A stretch of 36,639 bases of DNA, taken from the IMG/VR virus record IMGVR_UViG_2548876956_000006; one strand, written 5' to 3'. The DNA comes from a virus. Lineage: Duplodnaviria; Heunggongvirae; Uroviricota; Caudoviricetes. Within the stretch, counting starts at the first letter, position 1. Every line of letters starts with the position of its first letter. Below, in pieces: positions 26,094 to 35,937 of the stretch. The notes below the pieces were generated by a model. That model was not told where the DNA came from. It ran no database searches and saw only the letters and a list, made by a program, of their open reading frames with translations. A program made the position numbers and the translations under genes.

Positions 26094-26672
26094 ATGGATT
26101 TCAGAATGAGTGAACAATCACGGACCATAAAAATTTATAACCTGCTGGCCGGAACTAATGAATTTATTGGGGAAGGTGATGCATACATTCCACCTCATAC
26201 AGGTCTGCCTGCAAACAGTACCGATATTGCACCACCAGATATTCCGGCAGGCTTCGTGGCTGTTTTCAACAGTGATGAGGCATCGTGGCATCTCGTTGAA
26301 GACCATCGGGGTAAAACGGTTTATGACGTGGCATCAGGGGACGCGTTATTTATTTCTGAACTCGGTCCGTTACCGGAAAATGTTACCTGGTTGTCGCCGG
26401 ATGGAGAGTGTCAGAAGTGGAACGGCACATCCTGGGTGAAAGATGCAGTAGCAGAAAAACTGTTTCGGGTACGGGAGGCAGAAGAAACAAAAAACAGCCT
26501 GATGCAGGTAGCCAGTGAGCATATTGCGCCACTTCAGGATGCCGTAGATTTGGATATTGCGACGGAGGAAGAGGCATCGTTACTGGCTGCATGGAAGACA
26601 TATAGGGTATTGTTGAATCGTGTTGATACAACAGTAGCAGCGGATGTTGAGTGGCCAGTCGCCCCACAATAA
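26094..26672 (+). CDS. G: Tail fibre assembly protein, P2 gpG/Tfa-like
   Basis: Conserved position after the fibre gene; SD gaggtg is 5 nt before the ATG at 26094. Confidence 0.75.
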   Translation: MDFRMSEQSRTIKIYNLLAGTNEFIGEGDAYIPPHTGLPANSTDIAPPDIPAGFVAVFNSDEASWHLVEDHRGKTVYDVASGDALFISELGPLPENVTWLSPDGECQKWNGTSWVKDAVAEKLFRVREAEETKNSLMQVASEHIAPLQDAVDLDIATEEEASLLAAWKTYRVLLNRVDTTVAADVEWPVAPQ

Positions 26673-26710
26673 AAAGAAAAAGCCATCGACAGAAATATCG
26701 ATGGCTTTAT
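26670..26710. terminator. Bidirectional hairpin terminator between G (+) and the acetyltransferase (-)
   Basis: Hairpin agccatcga-cagaaata-tcgatggct with an A-run on one side, giving a U-tract for the minus-strand transcript. Confidence 0.5.
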
Positions 26711-26715
26711 GTACT

Positions 26716-27288
26716 CTATTTATACAATACAACACCACTCTTTTTAGTTATATATGTGCAGTTTGATGGTATATCTTTATTTATAAAAGACATTGCACCT
26801 ATTTTTACATTATCCCCAATTTTACGTGATAATCCAATGATGCAACAATTAGCTCCGATATCAACGTTACTACCAATTTTCACTCTTGAACCAGGCATGT
26901 CACCATCTATCTGTCCAATGGTAGTATTCTGTCGTAATACCAGATTTTCACCCGCATCAACAGCAAAATGAACAACAATTCCAGCATGATGGGGAATTGT
27001 TAACCCTTTTCCAATATTTGCTCCCAATCCTATTTCACAACCAAATTTGTTAATTATTTTACTGTTTAACTTTTTGGCTGCTTTCTTATGTGATTTATTA
27101 CCATTAATATACATTTCGTTAGCCAACCGCCACCAGAACAGGAAATTCCGGTTACGCTGCTTTTTCTCTCTTAAAAGCCTCCAGATATCCATACGTTTCC
27201 GCCGAATCACTTCATGTTTCCAGAAGTTTTTTAAATTAGTAGAGTTCCCAAATAAAACAAAGTGAATTGCCATTAAGTAAGACAGCAC
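26716..27288 (-). CDS. Hexapeptide-repeat acetyltransferase (serine acetyltransferase/WcaB-like, left-handed beta-helix); cargo in the P2 Z/fun position
   Basis: Repeated [LIV]G-x4 hexads (IGLGAN, IGKGLT, IGSNVD, IGANCC, IGLSRK, IGDNVK) and the LTIPHHAGIVVHFAVDAGENLVLRQNTTIG core; AT-rich; probable GTG start after SD AAGGAG (the ORF track extends to 27321). Confidence 0.7.
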   Translation of the reverse strand: MLSYLMAIHFVLFGNSTNLKNFWKHEVIRRKRMDIWRLLREKKQRNRNFLFWWRLANEMYINGNKSHKKAAKKLNSKIINKFGCEIGLGANIGKGLTIPHHAGIVVHFAVDAGENLVLRQNTTIGQIDGDMPGSRVKIGSNVDIGANCCIIGLSRKIGDNVKIGAMSFINKDIPSNCTYITKKSGVVLYK

Positions 27289-27444
27289 GAAAATCTCCTT
27301 AATTATTATTTCAGACCACACATGTTATAAGGTTGAGAGATTATAAAATCCTGTTATTTGTTATTCAAAAACAATTTTCTGAGAAGGACATACAGCAGCA
27401 AGTCGCCAGTCACCTTCATCAGGAAATTGGCGACATACGTTAAA

Positions 27445-27939
27445 TCAGAGCAGCCCCTTAACTGAGCTGGCCGCGCTGTTAAGGGATGATGTCACCTTAT
27501 CTTTGAAGCCGGACAACATATCGCTGAACGATGAGGATTGCAGGCGCTCCCGCAAATCCTCATCACAGCGTTCAAGAGTCAGTGAAAATTCTATCTTTTT
27601 CGCCTTACCGTAGCGATCAAACTCGGAGCGGGTCGTATTCGTTTCAGTCAGTACATACATGCCGTAAATCTGCCCGACGCCATCAATCAGAGGCCAGGGG
27701 CGTCCTGTATATGCCTGCGTGGTCAACAACGACAGCGACACTTCGCCACCTGTAATCTCAGGATAAAGAACACCCGAAAGAACGATGCGATCATCACCTG
27801 CACCGATATACTGCCAGCTTGCCGAACGGTTAACGCGTTCATTTTTCACATGTCGCCAGCTTTTGTTTTGCTGTAACTGCTGATGCGGCAACGTGCGCAA
27901 CTCAAAAACAAACATGCCGTAGATCATCATCATGGCCAT
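27445..27939 (-). CDS. U: Tail protein, P2 gpU-like
   Basis: 164 aa; LRTLPHQQLQQNKSWR...VLYPEITGG pattern resembles P2 U as recalled. Confidence 0.8.
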   Translation of the reverse strand: MAMMMIYGMFVFELRTLPHQQLQQNKSWRHVKNERVNRSASWQYIGAGDDRIVLSGVLYPEITGGEVSLSLLTTQAYTGRPWPLIDGVGQIYGMYVLTETNTTRSEFDRYGKAKKIEFSLTLERCDEDLRERLQSSSFSDMLSGFKDKVTSSLNSAASSVKGLL

Positions 27940-27945
27940 GACTCC

Positions 27946-30762
27946 TCAATCTTTATCGTAAAAACTGCCACGTCCGGCACGGTCGCGTCGTTCCAATTCT
28001 GCCCTGACCATTTCACCGACCAGTTTCGCCAGTTCGCGGGGATTCTGCGTAACAACGTTATGCAGATGAACATGAATTTCACCGCCAAATCCGGAGGCAA
28101 CAGGCTCCCGGTTACGGGAAGTTGCAGGAACTGATGCCACTGGCGATCGTATGGCCTCCGCCACCGGGCGGGAGCTGGCCGCAACAACAGGGACCAGCGC
28201 CGGAGACAGCGGAGCCGGAACCACGGGTGTGATATTAATTGCGGGGGCAGGCTTACTGACCTGCGCAATCTTCCGCTCCTGCCACTCCCCACGAACAGCA
28301 AGTGCGCGGGGCAGGTTCTTAAAGACAATATCGCCGAGGCCAATGCGTTTTTTCGTCTCATCAACCAGCTTACCTGTGTTATCAGCAATTTTGCTGAGTC
28401 TGCGTAGCGTCCCGGTATTGCTGTCTGTGAGCGGTTTATTGTCTTTGGGTTTATCACCTCCTGTGCCATTGCCATTTTCCACAGGCTTCGGCGGATTGAT
28501 TTTCGCCAGGTCCCCCTGAAGCAAGGCAACCTTGTCCTGAAGAATGGCCGCACGCTGTGCGTCTTCGATTCTCTTTCTCGCCCTTTCCGCTTCATCCGGA
28601 AGAACACCGAGTTTTTCAAGTATCCACGCCAGCGTATCCAGCAACATTTTTGCAGGCGTCAGAACAAGCTGTAACGCGCCACCAAGAACGTTACCGAATA
28701 TCTCGCCAGCACTGGTACATTTATCCAGCGTTTCCTTGCTGGACTCCATCGGTGACAGCAGCGATTTAAACCAGTTAAACACCTGGCTGATCCCGCTTCC
28801 GATTGCGTCAAAAACAGGACCAAACCGTTCAAAGGTTTCGCGCAACGGGATCAGCCTTTCCATAATCCCGCTGAACACCCCGGCAAAAAATGCCCTGATG
28901 GGATCCCAGTATTTCCAGATAAGAACGGCAGCTCCGGCAAGCGCAGCCACGATAAGACCAACCGGACTGAACAGCGCCCCGATAGCGCCTCCCAGCAAAG
29001 AAACAGAACCCGTCACCATTCCCCACAGCGCAGGCAACACCCTGCTGACATTCATTGACCGGGTAAGAATGTCGAAACCAAGACGCAGGGTGGCCAGCTT
29101 CCCGTAAAGCACCCCAATAACCAGCGACAACGAGCCAATCGTTGCAGTCATTGCCAGCAACGCACCGCCTGCTATCAGTAGCTGGCGCGTCAGTACCGGA
29201 TGGGCCTGCGCCAGCGAGGTGATTTTTTCAAGCACCCGCGTGAGCCACTGCGTGACAGAACGCAGCGGACCGTCAACCAGATCACTGATGCGAATACGAA
29301 GACCTTCCCATGCGCTGTCGAGATTTTTCAGGTCCCCATCAAGATTATCGGCCATTACTTTTGCAACGCGATCGGCCTCTCCCCTTGCCCCCTGCAATTC
29401 TCTGGTCAGTTTTTGCAGCTCTCCTGAACCAGCCGCCGCAATAAGCGTCTGCAAACCAACGAACGCCTCTTCTCCGGCGATGTCCTTGAAGAAGGAAACC
29501 TGGTCCACCTGTCCGTATTTTTGTGTCGCCTTGTAGAGATCAAGCAACACATCCTCCATCGGGCGCATTTTGCCTCTGGCGTCAGCAACTGACACCCCCA
29601 GCTCTTTCAGCGCATCAGCCGCAGCTTTTGGCGGTGATGCAAGGCGGGACAGACTTGCGCGCATGGCTGTACCAGCATCGCTTCCACGAAGACCATTATT
29701 GGCAAGCATCCCGGCCATGGCTGCCGCTTCTTCAAGACTGATACCAAGTTTTGCGGCAACCGGACCGGTATACTTCATGGTTTCGCCCAGCGCGCGTAAA
29801 TCAGTATTGGTCCGGGTGAATGCTGCTGTCAGCGTATCGCCAACACGGTCCATTTGATCGGCTGTCAGGTTGAACTGTGTGAGGATATTGGAGCCTATAT
29901 CAGCCGTCTCGCCGAGTTCGACGCCACCTGCCAGCGCCATATTAAGAACACCGGGCAATGCGGCCTGAATGGCCTGCGGAGTAAAACCAGCCATTGCCAG
30001 AAAGCTCTGCCCACTGGCGGCATCACTCGCAGTAAACTGTGTTTCAGAGCCAAGTTTTAACGCCTGCTCACGCAGCGCCTTAAACTGCGGGCTGTTTTTG
30101 TCGATTCGCGTCAGTGCCTGAACGCGGGACATCTCTTTGCCGAACCCGATCGCAGGCTGCAAAAAACGCCCGGCAGCATAGCCGCCCGCCGCTGCCGCAC
30201 CAATTGCCAGCACACCACCTGTTTTCAGTTTTCCCGCTGTTTCCTGCGCGCGCGAATACCGCTCACGTACCCGCGTTACACGCGCAAGCGCCTGCCGTTC
30301 GCGTTCAAGCTGGTTGTTGTACTGTTCGGTGCGTCTGATGGCCTGCTGGATGGTGTTATCACTGCCTGTCAGGGAAATGCCGTGGCGTTTCAGCTCTCCG
30401 CCAAGCTCCCGCATTTTCTGAATTTCCCGTGTGCGCGATTCATTCAGGCGTTCAAGCCGGGTGCTTAACTGCTGCATCAGCTTTTGTTGTTTTTCGCTGA
30501 GCACTGTACCCGTGCGTTGTAACTGATTAAGGGCGTTAAGCTGGCGTCGTGCTTTCACGATGCCCGCATCCGCTTTACTGACAGCGTCGCGGGCGCGCTC
30601 AAATGAACGCGCCTGACGCTTGAGATTTTTGATCGCCCCCTGCGTTCGCTGGATGGAGTCACCAAACTGCCCCATCAGGCGGCGGGCGTTTTCGGCAGGC
30701 CGGGTCAGCCTGTCAACGGCGCTGAAAGCGACCCGGATATCAAGAGTCTTCATTATCTGCAT
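27946..30762 (-). CDS. T: Tail tape-measure protein, P2 gpT-like
   Basis: 938 aa, helical/Ala-rich with a central hydrophobic segment; conserved position between E' and U. Confidence 0.9.
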   Translation of the reverse strand: MQIMKTLDIRVAFSAVDRLTRPAENARRLMGQFGDSIQRTQGAIKNLKRQARSFERARDAVSKADAGIVKARRQLNALNQLQRTGTVLSEKQQKLMQQLSTRLERLNESRTREIQKMRELGGELKRHGISLTGSDNTIQQAIRRTEQYNNQLERERQALARVTRVRERYSRAQETAGKLKTGGVLAIGAAAAGGYAAGRFLQPAIGFGKEMSRVQALTRIDKNSPQFKALREQALKLGSETQFTASDAASGQSFLAMAGFTPQAIQAALPGVLNMALAGGVELGETADIGSNILTQFNLTADQMDRVGDTLTAAFTRTNTDLRALGETMKYTGPVAAKLGISLEEAAAMAGMLANNGLRGSDAGTAMRASLSRLASPPKAAADALKELGVSVADARGKMRPMEDVLLDLYKATQKYGQVDQVSFFKDIAGEEAFVGLQTLIAAAGSGELQKLTRELQGARGEADRVAKVMADNLDGDLKNLDSAWEGLRIRISDLVDGPLRSVTQWLTRVLEKITSLAQAHPVLTRQLLIAGGALLAMTATIGSLSLVIGVLYGKLATLRLGFDILTRSMNVSRVLPALWGMVTGSVSLLGGAIGALFSPVGLIVAALAGAAVLIWKYWDPIRAFFAGVFSGIMERLIPLRETFERFGPVFDAIGSGISQVFNWFKSLLSPMESSKETLDKCTSAGEIFGNVLGGALQLVLTPAKMLLDTLAWILEKLGVLPDEAERARKRIEDAQRAAILQDKVALLQGDLAKINPPKPVENGNGTGGDKPKDNKPLTDSNTGTLRRLSKIADNTGKLVDETKKRIGLGDIVFKNLPRALAVRGEWQERKIAQVSKPAPAINITPVVPAPLSPALVPVVAASSRPVAEAIRSPVASVPATSRNREPVASGFGGEIHVHLHNVVTQNPRELAKLVGEMVRAELERRDRAGRGSFYDKD

Positions 30763-30976
30763 TCCCGCTGCGAAGTGCCGCCCGCTCGCGCCAGCTAACC
30801 ACTTCGCCGGGCGTCATCATGAAGATTTCGGCGGGCGACCAGTTAAAAATGGCGGCGATATCCGCCACCAGATCTTCGATGTGCTCAAAGCACACCAGGG
30901 TGATTACGCTGCCGTCTCCTGCACGCTCTTCGCGCCAGAGTCTGGCTCGCTCATAAAATTTACAGCCACAGCGCAC
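30740..30976 (-). CDS. E' segment: frameshift-extension part of the tail assembly chaperone, overlapping the T start
   Basis: ORF overlaps the first 22 nt of T, as expected for P2 E'. It is reached only by recoding; see the finding on frames. Confidence 0.45.
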   Translation of the reverse strand: MRCGCKFYERARLWREERAGDGSVITLVCFEHIEDLVADIAAIFNWSPAEIFMMTPGEVVSWRERAALRSGNADNEDS

Positions 30977-31018
30977 AACTGAATAAAATCGCGTGACGAC
31001 ATTTTTTTAATCATCACT

Positions 31019-31279
31019 TCATCCAGTCGTGGCGAGGTCACGCGAGGGCAACAGCGTGAACATGGTATCCGCTTTCAGATTCAGCACATCAGACAGCGAC
31101 AGACCACGCAGGGATCCAGCCTGCTCAATAGCCCCGGTGATCTCCACATACGTGATTTTTTCGCCACCACGCTCAATTGGTCGGGTCAGTTTTACGCCAC
31201 GTTCGACAGCCATATCCTCACCTGCCGTCACATCATCCGCCACGGTGTTATTCCGGGTTTCAGTATCGATGTCTTTCAT
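31019..31279 (-). CDS. E: Tail assembly chaperone, P2 gpE-like (N-terminal part; the C-terminal part appears to continue in another frame)
   Basis: 86-aa ORF after FII; GSLRGLSLSDV...LLP resembles gpE; terminates earlier than expected while an adjacent frame continues protein-like. Confidence 0.65.
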   Translation of the reverse strand: MKDIDTETRNNTVADDVTAGEDMAVERGVKLTRPIERGGEKITYVEITGAIEQAGSLRGLSLSDVLNLKADTMFTLLPSRDLATTG

Positions 31280-31334
31280 CAGTTGTCTCCTTTTCAGTCA
31301 GGGGCGACGCACTGCGCCGCCTGCATATTACTTA

Positions 31335-31847
31335 TCAGCCAAGCCCAAGCGCGGAACGGATACGGTCAGGCACGATGTCCTTGCCGTCCTTCCGATAAAT
31401 GAAGTTCAGCAGGTCAATCTCCCACAACGGGCGATCGTTAACACTCAGCTTGTAGTAGGTGTTTTTAATGGCGTAAGTGTGTGATGTGGCTTCGCCCTGT
31501 TTGGCTTCCCCCATATCAATTTCCGTCACACGTCCGCGCATTTCGACTTCATACAGGTCGCTTTCTGCATCGGTGTAATATTCACCCGCAAAACGCAGCA
31601 GCGTGCCGTCAATCGTGCCACCATACTTAAGGAACAGCTCACGAACTGCGCCCCCCATGACAAAGCTCGCATCAAGCGCGGAGTCGTCCAGACCGAGATC
31701 AATACTTACCGCCCCCATCATGCCACCACCACGGTAGCTGTCGGTTTTGCGCGTCAGTTTGGGCAGAGTGACGGACGTCACCTTACCCACTTCGTTTTCA
31801 CCATCCACAAACAGCGTAAAAAAGCGAAGATGTTTTGGCACAGCCAT
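31335..31847 (-). CDS. FII: Tail tube protein, P2 gpFII-like
   Basis: 170 aa; conserved position after the sheath gene. Confidence 0.85.
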   Translation of the reverse strand: MAVPKHLRFFTLFVDGENEVGKVTSVTLPKLTRKTDSYRGGGMMGAVSIDLGLDDSALDASFVMGGAVRELFLKYGGTIDGTLLRFAGEYYTDAESDLYEVEMRGRVTEIDMGEAKQGEATSHTYAIKNTYYKLSVNDRPLWEIDLLNFIYRKDGKDIVPDRIRSALGLG

Positions 31848-33031
31848 CAGGCACCTCCCAGCACCGCAAATGCGGGTTCAAAGTATTCATCAGTAAACGT
31901 CTGGTAAAGCTCCATGTCTTCCAGTGGCGGAACGGGCGTATATTTGTAGCGAATACGCACACGCCCCTGACGTAAATCCGTGGTGCTGTTATCCACCACG
32001 TCATACCAGCACTCCGCGCCAATCAGTTTCCCGGCAGTCACCAGTGAATCCAGTTTTGCCCTGATGGCACTGATAACATCCTTCACGTTCGCAGGCGTCA
32101 GTGGACTGTCGATGGTTTCAAACTGCGCTTCCGCAATTGAATCAGCCAGCACCTGTGCGGTTCGGGTATACACCTCAAAGATGTAGGCGTTCGTTTCCGG
32201 TGTGCGGTTGCCCCAGAAGCGGAACCCGTTGCGACGAATAATGGTCGTGATTTCTTTGTTGTTGAGGCTGTTGGCATCGCTGTCTTCGGCCTGCAACGAC
32301 CAGAACACATGCCTCGACATCCCCAGCACATTTTTAACCGGAACGTTGGACAGTGATTTGTGCCATCCCTGCTCATGGTCAATGTACGCACGAAGGCCGC
32401 ACGCATAGGCAGGCGCGGGGAACGTTTCGTTTTTGCCACTTTTCGGGTTGTAGGCGATGAAGTCCGGCCATAAGAGCATCACCTCACGTTCGTTGAATTT
32501 CTGGCGGTAGGTAATCGCCTCAGCCATCGTGTTACAGCCGTGACATGAGGCATACACAAACGCGCGCAGTTTACCCGCAATCACGCACAGGGATTTTGTC
32601 ACCGCCTCCGTGTCCAGCTCCGGCGCGGCCAGAATACGCGGACGGTATCCGATGCTTTCATCCTGCTCTGCAACAAGCAGCGCATACATCCCCGTATAGC
32701 TGCCGTCATCCTCAGAACCACCGATAACCAGTTGATCCTGCGTCTTTCCGTCTTCTTCTTTGTGTTCAGCCACGCGAACGACGATCACCTTTGTGCTCAC
32801 CTGGTCTGCGATGGCCTTAAGCGCACGATAAAGCGTCCCCGTTGTCCCGCATTTTCCCAGCACGTCATTAACGCGGGTCAGCAGTGTGGGCTTATTCAGC
32901 GGGAACTGCTCCGCGTCCGCATCATCCGCCGTTGCCACGATACCGATAACGCTGGAATCAACATCGTTAATCGCTGTTACCAGGTCGGTACTTTCCGTGA
33001 CACGGGCACCATGAAAACGAGTTTCACTCAT
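31847..33031 (-). CDS. FI: Contractile tail sheath protein, P2 gpFI-like
   Basis: 394 aa; FPLNKP, LRAF, LMLLWPDF, EQGWHKSLSNV, RRNGFRFWGNRT, YTRTAQV and YKYTPVPPLE closely parallel P2 FI as recalled. Confidence 0.9.
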   Translation of the reverse strand: MSETRFHGARVTESTDLVTAINDVDSSVIGIVATADDADAEQFPLNKPTLLTRVNDVLGKCGTTGTLYRALKAIADQVSTKVIVVRVAEHKEEDGKTQDQLVIGGSEDDGSYTGMYALLVAEQDESIGYRPRILAAPELDTEAVTKSLCVIAGKLRAFVYASCHGCNTMAEAITYRQKFNEREVMLLWPDFIAYNPKSGKNETFPAPAYACGLRAYIDHEQGWHKSLSNVPVKNVLGMSRHVFWSLQAEDSDANSLNNKEITTIIRRNGFRFWGNRTPETNAYIFEVYTRTAQVLADSIAEAQFETIDSPLTPANVKDVISAIRAKLDSLVTAGKLIGAECWYDVVDNSTTDLRQGRVRIRYKYTPVPPLEDMELYQTFTDEYFEPAFAVLGGA

Positions 33032-33188
33032 AGCTTCAGCCCCTTGTATCCGTTAAATGATTCGGCAACAATCATCACCCACCACGCGCGTAATCTCACC
33101 CCTGCGCCATTCTCCCGCCACGGCGACAACAAAAAGCAGTAACCCCCTCCGCACGCACATGCGACCATGCCGCACAGGGAGGGAACAG

Positions 33189-34298
33189 ATGACCGACACC
33201 ACCATGCAATTGCTCAGTCAGGGCACAGACCCCATGAAAATGCCGGATTTTGATATTCTCGCCGAGGGTAAAACGCTGTCCGGCGTGGCAGAACGCCTGA
33301 TGGGCCTGTCACTGACCGACAACCGGGGATTTGAGGCGGACCAGCTCACCATCACGCTGGATGATGCGGATGGCCAGTTGCAGCTACCGCCACGGGGCGC
33401 GCGTCTGACGGTTCTCATTGGCTGGAAAGGGGAACCGCTGACAGAAAAAGGCACTTACATTGTTGATGAAATCGCTCACGAAGGACCGCCGGACAGGCTG
33501 ACTGTTTCAGCCAGAAGCGCAGATTTTCGGGATGAATTTAACGTTAAACGTGAGGTGTCCTGGCATGATGTGACCGTTGAGCGTGTGGTATCCGCCATCG
33601 CTCATCGGTATGGTCTGAAACCGCAAATCAGCGAAATGCTGATGGATATCGAAATCGACCACGCCGACCAGACCGAAGAAAGCGACATGTCCTTCCTTAC
33701 GCGCATGGCGGAAATGCTGGGCGCAATCACCACGGTAAAAAGCGGTAATCTGTTATTCATCATGCCCGGCGGTGGCGTGAACGCACAGGGCCAGCCGTTG
33801 CCATCGTTCGCCATCACACGCAGCAGCGGCGATCGCCATCAGTTCCGCATTGCTGACCGCGAGGCGTATACGGGGGTACGCGCTTACTGGCTTGATCTTA
33901 ATTACGGGAAAAAGAAAAAAGTCAGCGTGAAATGCCGCAAACCGCCAAAACCCAAAAAGGAGAAAAGCAGCAGCCGTGAAGGTGATTATATGGAAGGTGC
34001 GGAAGGCAATGTGTTTGTGTTACGCAAGACCTATCAGAACGAGCAGGCAGCAAGACGCGCAGCGGCGGCAAAGTGGCAGCAGCTACAACGCGGAGCCGCA
34101 TCATTTTCCATCACGCTGGCGCGTGGACGCGCAGAACTCTACCCCGAAATGCATGGCACGGTAACAGGATTTAAAAGCGAGATTGATAATCAGGACTGGA
34201 TTATTGCAAAAGCCGAGCACACCATTGATAACAGCGGCTTTACCACGCAGCTTGAGCTTGAAGCAAAAATCCCGGAATGGATAGCAGAAACAGAGTGA
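33189..34298 (+). CDS. D: Tail protein D (late control gene D family)
   Basis: LTDNRGFEADQLTITLDDADGQ, SARSADFR, SWHD, QTEESDMSFLTRMAE, ITRSSGDRHQF, AYTGV and GFTTQLELE parallel P2 D; start taken at the ATG with SD GGGAGG (the ORF track starts at 33057). Confidence 0.85.
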   Translation: MTDTTMQLLSQGTDPMKMPDFDILAEGKTLSGVAERLMGLSLTDNRGFEADQLTITLDDADGQLQLPPRGARLTVLIGWKGEPLTEKGTYIVDEIAHEGPPDRLTVSARSADFRDEFNVKREVSWHDVTVERVVSAIAHRYGLKPQISEMLMDIEIDHADQTEESDMSFLTRMAEMLGAITTVKSGNLLFIMPGGGVNAQGQPLPSFAITRSSGDRHQFRIADREAYTGVRAYWLDLNYGKKKKVSVKCRKPPKPKKEKSSSREGDYMEGAEGNVFVLRKTYQNEQAARRAAAAKWQQLQRGAASFSITLARGRAELYPEMHGTVTGFKSEIDNQDWIIAKAEHTIDNSGFTTQLELEAKIPEWIAETE

Positions 34299-34498
34299 AC
34301 CATTCAGATGTATTAGTGCAGACCTGAACGGCCACGCTTACGAGATAGAACAAAATCTAATATGGCAGTCCGCCCTGTACCAGTAAGCGGACATTGTAAC
34401 AGTAAAGCAAATTAAAGCCTTAGATGTGTTAGTTTAAGCATTGTTTTCTGCTACGTTTTCTTTTCTCTTTTATTTTTCTTTGCGTTTCCTTTTTCATT

Positions 34499-35890
34499 TT
34501 ACGCTTTTTTATCAATATTTTTTTTGAGATCACTCATATGGTATGACCACTTAATCAGACTATCTGGATATTGCTGATCAAAAATAATCCGTGTTTCGTA
34601 ACCATTTCCAATAAAAACACTCTGTCCATCAACACTAGAAACTACCCCCTTCCCATTGATGGAAAGCATACTCATAGGATTAATCTTCGGAGATGGAAAA
34701 TCCAATAACTCATAAATCCCGGGGTATTTTTTATTTGCTCTTTCTACGAAACGACGATGATCGAAACACAGCACAACAATTAGATTGCCATTAATGATAT
34801 CCAGAAGCAATTTATCAGGTAGGTTCAAACTAAAAAATGGACGTGATAAAGCATCTGAAAAGCTATCAAGAATATTAAACACTCTCCCCGATATTCTAGA
34901 TACCTCCATCCATCCATTAAAACCGCAAAAACCCATATTAGAATTAATATATGCCCCAAGGAATAAACAATCATTAATGTTAGTAATCGCCCAAGTTTTA
35001 CCGTTATATATCTCATACCAAAGCTCAATAATCTTATCTGTATAAAAATCGGGACAAAAATCTCTGTCATGAATTGTTACTTGAGACTGAAAAAAGTTAT
35101 CAAATCCCTTACCAGTCTCAATGACATCTATCACATTTTGAGCTCTTTTAAGTTGACGCTTAGCTCTGTCATAGTGTTTCAAGTCATTTTTATCAAGGTC
35201 TTTTCTATAAATCTCATCAAAATGAAGACATTTACTTTGCACTGAGAACATAGCCGCCTTTGAAAACTCTATATTTTTCTTACCACTTTTTATTTCAATT
35301 AAAGTTATGCCTTGCTGAGGTATTAACGCAAGTAAATCACCAGTATGTACAAACGTAGTAATATCAGTGATAACAGCTATAGCCATCGGATCAGCATTGA
35401 TTTCATCTGCTACCACCATTGAATCATGTATATTAAATATTGTCAGATTGTCAGTATTTCTATTTATAGGTAAACGTCTTATAAACGAGTGTTCATTGCG
35501 GAATATCGCCCATACAATTGAATCAATACACCTACGTAAAATCCTAATTTCTAGTCTAGTCCTTTCAATATTGCGTATACACTTCTTCTTTGTTTCATAG
35601 TCCTTTTTTGAATGGGCACAATTCTTTTCTAACTCCAGATCCTTGATTTGAGAAAGCCTGATAATGAGTTCATCAGCTATGATCCTTTGCGCCCGCTTCC
35701 ATCCACTTAACAGGTGTTTGAAGTTTTCGATGGAATCAAGCTCCCTTTGCTGAGCTCCCACATTTTCCCCTTGCCGTATCAGCATCATTAACGTCTTGAT
35801 GAGTTCATTGAACTCAGAAGGAAGATGTTCCCATATATTTATGAACGGCCTATACTTTGCCCGCATTTTATCATTGTTATTTTTTGCCAT
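34499..35890 (-). CDS. Uncharacterised ~465-aa protein, AT-rich cargo between D and ogr; possible nuclease-like (PD-(D/E)xK-type) core
   Basis: Long ORF with ~33% GC on the strand opposite to D and ogr; no family recognised; segment TGDLLALIPQQGITLIEIKSGKK fits a D...E-x-K pattern. Start ambiguous (GTG at 35914 or ATG at 35890). Confidence 0.55.
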   Translation of the reverse strand: MAKNNNDKMRAKYRPFINIWEHLPSEFNELIKTLMMLIRQGENVGAQQRELDSIENFKHLLSGWKRAQRIIADELIIRLSQIKDLELEKNCAHSKKDYETKKKCIRNIERTRLEIRILRRCIDSIVWAIFRNEHSFIRRLPINRNTDNLTIFNIHDSMVVADEINADPMAIAVITDITTFVHTGDLLALIPQQGITLIEIKSGKKNIEFSKAAMFSVQSKCLHFDEIYRKDLDKNDLKHYDRAKRQLKRAQNVIDVIETGKGFDNFFQSQVTIHDRDFCPDFYTDKIIELWYEIYNGKTWAITNINDCLFLGAYINSNMGFCGFNGWMEVSRISGRVFNILDSFSDALSRPFFSLNLPDKLLLDIINGNLIVVLCFDHRRFVERANKKYPGIYELLDFPSPKINPMSMLSINGKGVVSSVDGQSVFIGNGYETRIIFDQQYPDSLIKWSYHMSDLKKNIDKKA

Positions 35891-35937
35891 CTTCAATTGA
35901 TAATCTCCTCTCACAATATTGTCATCACTAACAAATT

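Noticed and set aside
28151-29107. Plus-strand ORFs (122, 187 and 70 aa) inside the tape-measure region
   Set aside because: Antisense to the 938-aa tape-measure ORF; Ser/Ala/Pro-rich low-complexity translations; spurious.
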